NCBI GenBank assembly: GCA_045863855.1
Contig: BTVV01000118.1
Location: 1-19,036, forward strand
Length of the DNA: 19,036 nt
Source of the DNA: Planctomycetota bacterium
Lineage (GTDB): Bacteria; Planctomycetota; SZUA-567; H5-PLA8
Direction: 5' to 3'
Below are positions 8,680 through 16,899 of the stretch, piece by piece. How positions within the stretch are numbered: the stretch's first letter is position 1; each line of letters starts with the position of its first letter. The notes beneath the pieces were generated by a model. That model worked only from the letters and a program-made list of their open reading frames with translations, did no database searches and was not told where the DNA came from. The position numbers and the translations under genes were made by a program.

Positions 8680-8909
8680 ACCGTCTGTATTAAAAATGTT
8701 CGCTCGACGTAAACAGGTGAAGTGCGAGATGATTGAATGATTTTCGGGCCGCTCAAGATCGCTCGCTATGTGGCCATAGTAAGGTTGAATGGTTGCCGTT
8801 TAAGGTGTTGTTTGGTTCGGCCAAGCTCTTTGACAATCGCAGAGGCGTAACAGCGCATACGCGGGTCGGCGTGACCGCTTGCTCCAGGTACGACATCGGA
8901 CGCGCAAGA
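8680..8909. repeat. Copy A of a conserved non-coding element end (3' flank of the rve_3 transposase)
   Basis: 8680-8841 aligns with 12822-12981 with two 1-nt gaps, about 123/162 identities by hand. Similarity starts abruptly at ACCGT-N7-AAAAATG. Confidence 0.85.
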
Positions 8910-9155
8910 CTACGCCGATTCGCGGTAGTAATGTTTGAGCCAGCCGCCGAGGAACTCCTGACATCGAATTTCGCTGGCCTTAGGTGGATCGCCCGGTGGT
9001 GATGTGGCCTGCGGTGAGAGCGGTACGTTGCCCAAGCCCTGGTGCGGTCGATAGCGGTTGTAGAACTCCGCATACTCGTTCACGAGATGGTCGAGGTGAT
9101 GGACGCCGACCACGATGAAGTGGTCGAGGCATTCATTCTTGACCGAGCGGACCCA
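8910..9155 (-). mobile_element. C-terminal fragment of an 'integrase core domain' (rve_3, IS481/IS3-like DDE) transposase
   Basis: WVRSVKNECLDHFIVVGVHHLDHLVNEYAEFYNRYRPHQGLGN...IRCQEFLGGWLKHYYRESA*. It is cut just after the position of the catalytic 'AER', so no DDE residues remain. Confidence 0.85.
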
Positions 9156-9288
9156 TTTTATTCGACGGTCCCTTTCTGCCCTAATTCGCCTCGCTCCGAG
9201 GTTTTGCGTAGGTCGGAAGGAAATTACTCCACCTCTTGGGCCTGCGTGACCGGCGTCGCAAACAGAACGCGGAGCGCGCCCGGTCCGT

Positions 9289-10554
9289 TCACTTGGTGAC
9301 GAACGCCTGGTGCCAGCTGCTCCAGATACTCCAGCGTCCCGCATCGTCCTGCTGCCGGCTGCGGCAGAAGTAGGTTTTGCCCGACTCAAGTTTCGTCGCG
9401 TCCTTGAGTGGACCCACGAAAGCGCCGTGCGCGGCATCCGCCGTCACGGTCAGGCCCGCGCCTTCAACCGGTTTCGACAGCCAGACAGGCCGGACGTAGG
9501 CGTCCTCGCCTTTCTGATGTCCCCACTCGTCGGGGAGGCGCTTGGATATTTGCTCGGCACCGCCGCCGGCTCCCTCCGCGCGTTCGGCCAGTTGAACCTC
9601 CCAGGCCGCCTGCTTGGCGCCCTCCGCTCCACGGAACGGCGTCTTATGCAGCACGGGATTGGCCGCCGCGACGAGCGGGCCGATGGGCTTGGTGCTCACC
9701 ACAAAGTCGTCCAGCCAGCGGACCTGATCGACGGGACTGCCCTTGTTCCAGTAGGCCTCCAGGAAGACCGCGTTGATGCCCTGGCTGGTGTAGGTCCCGC
9801 GAAAGTTGAGGTTCTTGCGGTCGCACTGGAGTAACCCGTCGATCCACAGATGCATGCTGCCGTCCTTCTGTCCCGGGGTGTTGAGTTTCGCATGGGCCTC
9901 GACGCAAACCCAACGTCCGGTCTCTCCCGTGGCGTGGATCGGAAACGGACCGGAGGGCTTGTTGCCGAGCCACTTGAGATTCTCGAAGTCGTTGTACTTG
10001 GTGGTGACGACGCGCCCGTCCTTCACCCCGCTGGCCGGGTCGAGCGTCAATCCTTCGCCGGCCGACCAGACGTGCCCGATCATGGCCTGGGTCCACTGGC
10101 CGGAAGTAAAGGAAGTGCAGCGGCTAAGTTTGTTCGGCCCACCGCCCATCCAGCCGTACTGGTGCTTCACGTAGACGCGCCACCAAAGCTCCTCGAATTT
10201 CTCTCCCTTCCGGATGGGCGCGCCGAAGGGGCAGTCGCCGAAGACCAGCTTCCGCCCGCCGATGCCCTGCTTGCCCTTGGGATAAAACATCCGTAGCGCT
10301 TGTCCGCTGGCGCCGAGGAACACGTCCTCTACGCGCACATTCTCCTTGTCGCGGTGCGCGTACTCGTGGTACTTCTGCTGCACGGACTCGTCGCCGTCGA
10401 AGTTGTCGTACCAGATAACCGCGGGATCGTTCTTCCAGGACTGCTCTGCCGCCAGATCTACACTGTCGATCCTGGGCACCTCGGGCTCGTCTGAGGCAAA
10501 CGCTCCAAACGCCACCCACATGACCGCTCCGAGCAACACACCTCGCGAGAACAT
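9289..10554 (-). CDS. Secreted PL14-like/ConA beta-jelly-roll protein with C-terminal FN3-like domain
   Basis: Signal peptide; WYDNFD, ELWWRVYVK...GW...NKL, GRWVCVEAHAKLNTPGQKDGSMHLWIDG...NLNFR, WLDDFVVSTKPIG; FN3-like QAAWEVQL...LESGKTYFCRSRQQDDAGRWSIWS. RBS GGAGGG. Confidence 0.7.
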   Translation of the reverse strand: MFSRGVLLGAVMWVAFGAFASDEPEVPRIDSVDLAAEQSWKNDPAVIWYDNFDGDESVQQKYHEYAHRDKENVRVEDVFLGASGQALRMFYPKGKQGIGGRKLVFGDCPFGAPIRKGEKFEELWWRVYVKHQYGWMGGGPNKLSRCTSFTSGQWTQAMIGHVWSAGEGLTLDPASGVKDGRVVTTKYNDFENLKWLGNKPSGPFPIHATGETGRWVCVEAHAKLNTPGQKDGSMHLWIDGLLQCDRKNLNFRGTYTSQGINAVFLEAYWNKGSPVDQVRWLDDFVVSTKPIGPLVAAANPVLHKTPFRGAEGAKQAAWEVQLAERAEGAGGGAEQISKRLPDEWGHQKGEDAYVRPVWLSKPVEGAGLTVTADAAHGAFVGPLKDATKLESGKTYFCRSRQQDDAGRWSIWSSWHQAFVTK

Positions 10555-10587
10555 AATGCCCCTCCCTTTTGATTGGACCGGCTTCGC

Positions 10588-11688
10588 TCACAAGGCCCGC
10601 GCGGTGGTCTCGCGCAGGCTCAATTCGAACGGCAGCACCTGCCGCACCGGGCGCTCTAGCGTGCCGCACACCATGGCCACGGCCGCGCGCGCGGCCGCCC
10701 GGCCCACGTCCACCGTCAGTACCTTCAGGCCCGAGAACTGCGGATCGGTATGCGTGCCGATGTGCCCGTCGTCGAACGAAACTAAGCTGAAATCCCGCGG
10801 CACGGAAAAGCCCCTCTCGCGCGCAAGCCTGAGCACCGTCTTCGCCTGGTTAGTCTGCGACGTGAACAAAGCGCTCGGCCGGTCCGGAGCGTCGAAGAAC
10901 TCCTCACAGCGTCCGGCGTAGATCACACGGCCCTTCAGGCGCCCGCCTTTGACCTTTGCCAGAGCTTCTCGGAATGCCGCGATCTTCAGCGCCGGGATGG
11001 TCGTCCGCGCGGCGTGTTTTTCATCCTCGGTCGTCAGGTACGCGACGGAAGCATGCCCCAGCCGCGCAAGCTTCACGAGCACTTGCTCCACGCCCCCGAA
11101 CAGGTCGCCGCCCACGTAATCCCAACCGCGGTCCGTGAACGCGTAGCCGACCTGCAGCGCCGAGGCGTGCGCGTGCAGCGCCTCCCAGACCTCCAGACGT
11201 GACTCCGGCAGCAGCAGGATCACGTCCAGTGGCGTACTTCTCACGTCGTCGAGCAGTTTCGCGAAATGGTCCCCTGGTTGCACGCTCAGGCCAAAGGTCG
11301 TCGACAGACAGCCCTCAACTTGCAGCACCTCGTGAATGCCGGTTAACAGGTCCGTGGTGAGCGGGTCCTGGGTCGGGTCGGTGTACTTGAGGAACACGAT
11401 GCCGACGTGCGCGGTGGCCGTACGCGCGGCGTCATGGATGCGGCGCGCGTTCAATACGAACGTCCCCCGCCCCACGTGGCGGTTGATACGCCCCTCGTCT
11501 TCCAGCAGTTCCAAAGCCGCGCGAACCGTCTTGCGGCTCACTCCGAAACGCGCCATCAGCGTCCGCTCGGGCGGCAGGCGTGAACCGGCCGGCCATACTC
11601 CGTCTACCATCTCGCGGTCCAAGATCTCCCGCACCTGGATGGGCAGCGGATAGGGGCTCGTCGCGTCGATCTTCGTTTTTCTGGACAT
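10588..11688 (-). CDS. GntR-HTH / LacI-type sugar-binding domain regulator (AraR-like)
   Basis: WPAGSRLPPERTLMARFGVSRKTVRAALELLEDEGRINRHVGRGTFV plus LGHASVAYL...VPRDFSLVSFDD. ATG 11688 preferred over 11718. Confidence 0.92.
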   Translation of the reverse strand: MSRKTKIDATSPYPLPIQVREILDREMVDGVWPAGSRLPPERTLMARFGVSRKTVRAALELLEDEGRINRHVGRGTFVLNARRIHDAARTATAHVGIVFLKYTDPTQDPLTTDLLTGIHEVLQVEGCLSTTFGLSVQPGDHFAKLLDDVRSTPLDVILLLPESRLEVWEALHAHASALQVGYAFTDRGWDYVGGDLFGGVEQVLVKLARLGHASVAYLTTEDEKHAARTTIPALKIAAFREALAKVKGGRLKGRVIYAGRCEEFFDAPDRPSALFTSQTNQAKTVLRLARERGFSVPRDFSLVSFDDGHIGTHTDPQFSGLKVLTVDVGRAAARAAVAMVCGTLERPVRQVLPFELSLRETTARAL

Positions 11689-11732
11689 CCTAGAGATTCG
11701 CTTTACCCAGGAAACCAATAGGAGACCAATCC

Positions 11733-11756
11733 ATTCTTGGTGTATACACCTAGAAT
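11733..11756. promoter_or_regulatory. Putative GntR-family operator in a divergent promoter
   Basis: ATTCTtGGTGTATACACCtAGAAT, a 24-bp palindrome with one mismatched pair; GT..TA..AC core typical of GntR-HTH sites. Confidence 0.7.
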
Positions 11757-11822
11757 TGGACTTGAGCCACGCTTTTTTGTCTTTACCGGCCCCGAAAGCG
11801 GGGTTCGTGGGGAGCGGTCAAT

Positions 11823-12854
11823 ATGCCCAACACACACCGACCTTGGACGATCAAGGACGCCGGCCCGAACCTACTGCGCGCCAGCCTGGAGGGGCCGGCT
11901 TTCCACGCCCCGCCGTTCCCGGTCGGCGTGGAGGACCACGCCCACCCGCGCCTGGCGCGGTTACGCCGAGAGTACCGCTTGCCGGCCGTGCTGCGCGGTG
12001 CGCAGAGCGAGTTCGAACGGCTCTTGCGGCTGCGCCACTGGGTACATACCCGCTGGCCCATCGACAACGCACAGAACTTCCAGGGTGACGCCTTTGCGAT
12101 CCTGGAACACGCCAAGACCGGCGCGGGCTTCCACTGCCACCATGCGATGGTCGTGCAGCACGCGGTGCTGGCCGCCTGTGGCTTCGTGGTGCGGGACCTC
12201 GGCGTCGACCGCGACTTCCGCCTGCTCGGACGCAGCAGCCACCACGGCGTCAACGAGGTCTGGTCGAACACCTTCGCCAAGTGGGTCGTCCTCGACGCGA
12301 AATACGATATCCACTTCGCGCGCCGTGGCGTCCCGCTCTCGGCCGCTGAACTCCACGCGGCCGCACGCTCGGGCCGGGTGCGCGGAATCGTAAAGGTCCG
12401 GGGCTTGCGCCGCCGCAAGACCGCGATGGAGAATCCCCGCAAGGTAGAGGGCAGCGGGCTGGGCTACTGGTGGGTCAGCTACCACATGCGGACCGATACC
12501 TTTACGCACCCGCACTTCAGCGGCGGAGATAGGCTGCTGGTCTGGGACAACCTATACTTCCGGCGCAGCACCTGGTACCGCAACGCTGGCCCAGCGCGGG
12601 TCAAGCACTGGGCCTATGCAAACCAAGCGTTCGTCCGCGTGCGCGCCCAGGAAGGCATCGACTGGACGCCGGGCGTGCCCGGGCTGGTCGCCCGGCAGCG
12701 CGCGCCGCACGTACTCGACGTCCGCCTGCGCAGCGCGACACCCAACTTCAAAACCTACCGCGTACGCTTCGACGGCGGTTCCTGGCGTAACTGCCCAAGC
12801 GGGCGTCTACGATGGAAACTCACCGTATCTCTCAAAAATGATCGCGCGGCGTAA
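11823..12854 (+). CDS. Transglutaminase-like (Cys-His-Asp) protein, C-terminus replaced by element-end sequence
   Basis: LRHWVHTRW...GFHCHHA...HHGVNEVWSNTFAKWVVLD triad pattern. The last 10 residues (TVSLKNDRAA) are read from repeat copy B, which starts at 12822. Confidence 0.8.
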   Translation: MPNTHRPWTIKDAGPNLLRASLEGPAFHAPPFPVGVEDHAHPRLARLRREYRLPAVLRGAQSEFERLLRLRHWVHTRWPIDNAQNFQGDAFAILEHAKTGAGFHCHHAMVVQHAVLAACGFVVRDLGVDRDFRLLGRSSHHGVNEVWSNTFAKWVVLDAKYDIHFARRGVPLSAAELHAAARSGRVRGIVKVRGLRRRKTAMENPRKVEGSGLGYWWVSYHMRTDTFTHPHFSGGDRLLVWDNLYFRRSTWYRNAGPARVKHWAYANQAFVRVRAQEGIDWTPGVPGLVARQRAPHVLDVRLRSATPNFKTYRVRFDGGSWRNCPSGRLRWKLTVSLKNDRAA

Positions 12855-13031
12855 ACGGGCGATGTTCGAGGGGGTTGAACGATTTTGAGCCGCTCAAGAT
12901 CGCCCCCTATGAGGCCAAAGTAAGGATGGCTGGGCGTAGTTTAAGACGAAGTTCGGTCGGCGATGCTCATTAACAGTCGCAATAGGGTGAGCGTACGCAA
13001 GAGTTCGAGAGAGCATTGGTCGCAGGATGAG
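12822..13031. repeat. Copy B of the conserved non-coding element end
   Basis: Direct repeat of 8680-8841. Weaker similarity continues to about 13027, where an IS3 end interrupts it. Confidence 0.85.
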
Positions 13032-13206
13032 TGAGGTGCCCCCCGAAAACTGATCCAGGCGCAGAGTGAGAACTCGGTAGCCTGATCGCAGAAAGGGGGC
13101 GGTTATGTCCAAGAAGCGGTTCATGCCGGAGCAGATCATTTCCAAACTTCGAGAGGCGGAGGTGGAGCTGGCGAAGGGGCAGCCCATAGGTCTTGTTTGT
13201 CAGAAG
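13032..13206 (+). mobile_element. IS3-family left end with truncated OrfA (13105-13206)
   Basis: IRL-like TGAGGTGCCCCCCGAAAACTGATCCA, an RBS, then MSKKRFMPEQIISKLREAEVELAKGQPIGLVCQK, which stops before the HTH recognition helix. Confidence 0.85.
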
Positions 13207-13290
13207 AGCGGAAGTACAGGCCAGCAACAACAAACACAAATCCAGTATTCGCGCTATGGCCGTAGTTCTCCTCATTCTAATGTGAATCAT
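13204..13290 (-). pseudogene. Signal-peptide-only stub of a secreted-protein gene following the sulfatase
   Basis: MIHIRMRRTTAIARILDLCLLLLACTSA runs head-on into the IS3 fragment. Confidence 0.45.
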
Positions 13291-13325
13291 TCTGCCGCCC
13301 CATCCACTGCCGTGGCGCCGGATTT

Positions 13326-14804
13326 TCAAATCTCACGCGGCACAAACTCCGAGCGAGGAACCAGCCGGTCGATGCGCAGTTCGTAGCCGCGTTTAAAGAT
13401 CTCCTGCGCGAGCGTCCCATCCGCGCTCATTTCGCGCCGTAGTATGGCTTGGTCGTTCTTTGCGCGCAGATCCACTCCCTGTGGTGAGCAAAGCGCGCAT
13501 AACCACGCACGCATGCGGGAAATTGTGGCGCGTGTTCGCGGTGCAGCCGATTCTTCGACGACTAAATCATGCAGCTCTTGTGAATCTGCCTGGAGATCAA
13601 ACAGCATGGGGCGCGCGCCCACGGCCTCGACGTACTTCATGCGTCCGTCCGAGACGGCGAAGACACCCGCCGGGATGCCGTTGGCGTGATACTCACTTAG
13701 CACATATTCGTTGCGGACCGCGTCGGGATGCCCGCGCAATTGAGGCAGCAGCGAGATTCCACGGAAATCCTCAGTGCGTTCGATCCCTAAGGCGTCTACA
13801 ACAGTGGGAAAGATGTCCAGCAGCGATACGGGCGATTGCTCGACAACACCGCGCTGCAGCCCCGGCCCCATGATCACCAGCGGGATGCGCAGTGCGTCCT
13901 CGTACATATTCATCTTGCCCCACATGCGGTGTGCGCGGCAGTTCTCGCCGTGGTCGGACGCACAGATGACGCACGTTTCGTCAAGAATGCCCGCTGCTTC
14001 CAGCGCCTCAAGAACCCGTTTGATGTTCCGGTCGACCAATTCGCAATGCGCCAGATACGCCGCATAGCAACGCCGCAGCAGTTCGTCGTCGCTGTACATC
14101 CCGCACGAATGGTGCGCAAAGCTTTGATGATAGGGGTGCAACTTCTCGAAGGGTTCGAAGTACTTCGGTTCCAGGTCTTCAATTCTTACGCGCGCCTGCC
14201 ACTTCTCCCAAAGTTGCGGAGGGCATGGCCAGGCGGGATGAGGCTGGACAAAGTTTACATTGAGTACCCAGGGCCGGTCTGTCGGGCGCTCGCTCAACAG
14301 CCATTCCGCCGCCCGTTGCGCGACCTTGTAATCATTGAAATCCTCTTCCTTGAGATCGGTGCGCGGACCAGAGCGTTGCATGGATTGATATTCAGACCAG
14401 CGCGGCGGATTGTCCGGCTCGTGCCGAAATAGTCCGTGGATATCGCGGCTGCTTCGGTGCCCCGCGAGCAGTTCCTGGCCAATGCCGTGATCGACACCTG
14501 GCTGAAAATCCAGTTTGCCGATCGTCGTAAGCTGAACCGAGCGTTCGCGCAGAAAGTGCGGCCAGCCCCGCATACAGCCGTTCCAAGGCAGTGCGTTATC
14601 CCAACAGCCATTTTCGAAAACATAGCGTCCGGTAAATAGCGCAGCTCGCGCAGGAACGCAGAGCGGACTGTTGCAGTAGGCATACTGGAAACGAGTGCCC
14701 CGTGCGGCGATAGAATCAAGGGCTGGCGTTTCGGCCAACCGATGGCCGTAACAACCCGTGAAAAATGGATTGTGCTGATCAGTTAAGATGAAAACCGTAT
14801 TCAT
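13326..14804 (-). CDS. Formylglycine-dependent sulfatase (S1, choline-sulfatase-like)
   Basis: MNTVFILTDQH, YCNSPLCVPARAALFTG (CxPxR), QPHP, SDHGE...MWGK, MYED, LFDL. GAGGAG precedes ATG 14804. No signal peptide. Confidence 0.93.
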   Translation of the reverse strand: MNTVFILTDQHNPFFTGCYGHRLAETPALDSIAARGTRFQYAYCNSPLCVPARAALFTGRYVFENGCWDNALPWNGCMRGWPHFLRERSVQLTTIGKLDFQPGVDHGIGQELLAGHRSSRDIHGLFRHEPDNPPRWSEYQSMQRSGPRTDLKEEDFNDYKVAQRAAEWLLSERPTDRPWVLNVNFVQPHPAWPCPPQLWEKWQARVRIEDLEPKYFEPFEKLHPYHQSFAHHSCGMYSDDELLRRCYAAYLAHCELVDRNIKRVLEALEAAGILDETCVICASDHGENCRAHRMWGKMNMYEDALRIPLVIMGPGLQRGVVEQSPVSLLDIFPTVVDALGIERTEDFRGISLLPQLRGHPDAVRNEYVLSEYHANGIPAGVFAVSDGRMKYVEAVGARPMLFDLQADSQELHDLVVEESAAPRTRATISRMRAWLCALCSPQGVDLRAKNDQAILRREMSADGTLAQEIFKRGYELRIDRLVPRSEFVPREI

Positions 14805-14898
14805 GTCCGCTCCTCGGCCACTGGACTGTAGGCTATAAGCCAGCACTTTTCATGCCCGCGGTTCTTTCTGATCCAAGCCCCGTTGCCGGCTACGAGTG

Positions 14899-15714
14899 TT
14901 ACGGGCGCGCCTTTAGATCAGTTTTTTGCTCTGACTTCTCCATTGCAATCTTCTCCTTTACGATCGTCTCCTTGGCGATCGCATATAGAGCCTTTCCCAA
15001 GTCGTCGAATCTGGGCTCCTTGTCGCTCGACCACTTGGATATTTGGAACGTCTGGCCAGCGGCGTTTTTTAATACGATACTCGGCCGTCCCTCACCAGGC
15101 ATGCCTGGGCGCACCGGGATTTTGAGGCCAATCAGGTCGTTCTGGATACAGAGGGTCCTGAACGCCTGCGCCTGTTCCTGGGTGAGTTGCAGGCTTGTCT
15201 TCGTCTCGCGGCGCTTTGGAGGCAAGCCAACGATTCGTATCAAACACGCGCCGTCGCCCTGAAGATCAATGTCCACACCGCCGTGGAGGGGATGCACATC
15301 GCGGAGTTGAATCAAGCACTTTGGCCAATCGGCATCCGGTCCGACGAACTTTGCGGTTGAGAGTTGCCCAATCAATCGCTTCATGCGTATAGTGCGTTCG
15401 GGGTCGCCGCCGTGAGCTTGCAGCGCGGCTTCCAAGATGACGATAGCGCCAGGACCAGCGTCGAGAATCCTCTTCGACGCCGCTTCCCGCACGGCGAACT
15501 CCTCATGTTCCAAGTCTTTTAGCGCCGTTTCGACTGCCTTCTTTTGCTCGGCGGTCAGGTCGGGCAATGGTTTCGCGACAATTTTCTTATCTTCGGACGT
15601 CACTTCTGTGTTCAGCTCTTTGGCCTTGACCGATCCTTCGACGGGTGTCTCGGCCTCGCCCGCCAGGGCGTGACACGCCAACAACAGAATCAGCGCACCC
15701 ATCGCTGCTTTCAT
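14899..15714 (-). CDS. Secreted hypothetical protein with a HEAT-like helical motif
   Basis: Signal peptide (ALILLLACHALA); LEHEEFAVREAASKRILDAGPGAIVILEAAL...DPERTIRMKRLI, a motif common in planctomycete proteins. RBS GGAGG. Confidence 0.75.
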   Translation of the reverse strand: MKAAMGALILLLACHALAGEAETPVEGSVKAKELNTEVTSEDKKIVAKPLPDLTAEQKKAVETALKDLEHEEFAVREAASKRILDAGPGAIVILEAALQAHGGDPERTIRMKRLIGQLSTAKFVGPDADWPKCLIQLRDVHPLHGGVDIDLQGDGACLIRIVGLPPKRRETKTSLQLTQEQAQAFRTLCIQNDLIGLKIPVRPGMPGEGRPSIVLKNAAGQTFQISKWSSDKEPRFDDLGKALYAIAKETIVKEKIAMEKSEQKTDLKARP

Positions 15715-15744
15715 GTCGCCTCCCCCAGTCCCAATCCCAAATCC

Positions 15745-16899
15745 TTAGCGCGTCTCGGTGTCCATTGAACCTGAACAGCAGGGTAAGACTGTATCGCCAA
15801 GACAGATTGTACCTCGCAAAAGGATTCGCTTGGGAGCACTCCGGTCACCACCAATCCTGGACATCAGGCACTCAATAGCCTTGCGGCCCAGCCCCACCCA
15901 GTCGGCCTCTATTCCGCCAAGCAAGAGTTGGTTACTCCCAACTCGTTTATTGGTTGCGTAGGAAACTATGCTCAACGGCGAAGGAACATCAATGCGCAGA
16001 TCCCTTGCAGCCTCGGCAAAGCATTGGGCGACTCTAGGATCGATTGCGATGACTGCGGTGGGCCGAACTTGATCTTGAAACCATTCCTTTAAGATCCGCT
16101 TGGCGTCGGAGAATCGCCACTCTTTCTCAAGCCGAGCGACAGTTTGCCACTTATCGCAGGTGAACACACCGTTCTCCCTAGCGCCATCGTCAAAGCCGCG
16201 TTTCCAATTTGGATTTAGTGACGTCAACGGTCTGTCGACAAATGCGATATGTCTGTGCCCCAAATGAGACAAAGCAGCAACCAGTGCTTTTACGTCCTCG
16301 TACGAATCCGGTTCTACGCTATCTACCACCACGCCATCGTGCGCCCAGTGATCTACAATGATCGCAGGCTTTCCCATCCGAACGATACGTTGCTGAAGTA
16401 TGGGGTCGTCAACTCCAAACAGAATCGCGCCTCCCAGTTGTCCGTCGCCTAACATTGTCTCAATGCGATCCAACTCCTCTTCAACGTTTTCCGGCCGCGC
16501 TAAAAATAGATTAAACGAGCATCCATACTGCTTTCCCCGTGCGAGCATTCCGGTGTAAATACCCGCGTATCCGGCAATAGAACCTATGGCTTCATTCCAA
16601 GAGCATCCACGGGTTGCAAAAAGACCCAGTTTCAGAGAAGTTGGGGTTGCTTGTTGGTCCGCTGGCAACACGGCATTGGCAAAGCGACGATTCAGAAAAG
16701 TTCCCTTTCCCCAACGTCTTACTATGTGGCCCTCCTTGACCAACTGCGCTAACGCCTTGCGCACGGTCGCCACGCACGTGTTTGCCCGATTCGCCAACTC
16801 TCGCTCTGGTGGCAGTTGCCCCCAAGAATCGGCAAGAAGCACCGTCTGCTGGCGAAGCCACGCTAATGTTGTATCAAATACGTCTGGAGGCCTAGACAT
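15745..16899 (-). CDS. GntR-HTH / LacI-type sugar-binding domain regulator
   Basis: QLPPERELANRANTCVATVRKALAQLVKEGHIVRRWGKGTFL plus LGHRHIAFV...RPTAVIA...IDVPSPLSIVSY. Visibly lower GC than the 9.3-12.8 kb block. Confidence 0.9.
   Translation of the reverse strand: MSRPPDVFDTTLAWLRQQTVLLADSWGQLPPERELANRANTCVATVRKALAQLVKEGHIVRRWGKGTFLNRRFANAVLPADQQATPTSLKLGLFATRGCSWNEAIGSIAGYAGIYTGMLARGKQYGCSFNLFLARPENVEEELDRIETMLGDGQLGGAILFGVDDPILQQRIVRMGKPAIIVDHWAHDGVVVDSVEPDSYEDVKALVAALSHLGHRHIAFVDRPLTSLNPNWKRGFDDGARENGVFTCDKWQTVARLEKEWRFSDAKRILKEWFQDQVRPTAVIAIDPRVAQCFAEAARDLRIDVPSPLSIVSYATNKRVGSNQLLLGGIEADWVGLGRKAIECLMSRIGGDRSAPKRILLRGTICLGDTVLPCCSGSMDTETR

Noticed and set aside
8765..8830. Further hairpins in copy A (CTATG/CATAG, TTGAATGG/CCGTTTAA, TTGG/CCAA) as conserved structure
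   Set aside because: Copy B breaks or shifts these pairings, so they are not counted as support.
8753..8841. The 160-bp repeat as a conserved small ORF
   Set aside because: The copies differ by two separate 1-nt indels, and the substitutions show no codon-position pattern.
9153..9169. Reverse-strand ACCGTCGAATAAAATG as the inverted partner of the 8680 terminus, making a ~490-bp MITE
   Set aside because: Spacing differs by 3 nt from both true ends, no target duplication is seen, and it reads equally well as RBS + ATG of a deleted gene.
9156..9437. N-terminal half of the 175-aa ORF as part of the transposase
   Set aside because: It overlaps the PL14-like gene and spacer; homology begins only at WVRS.
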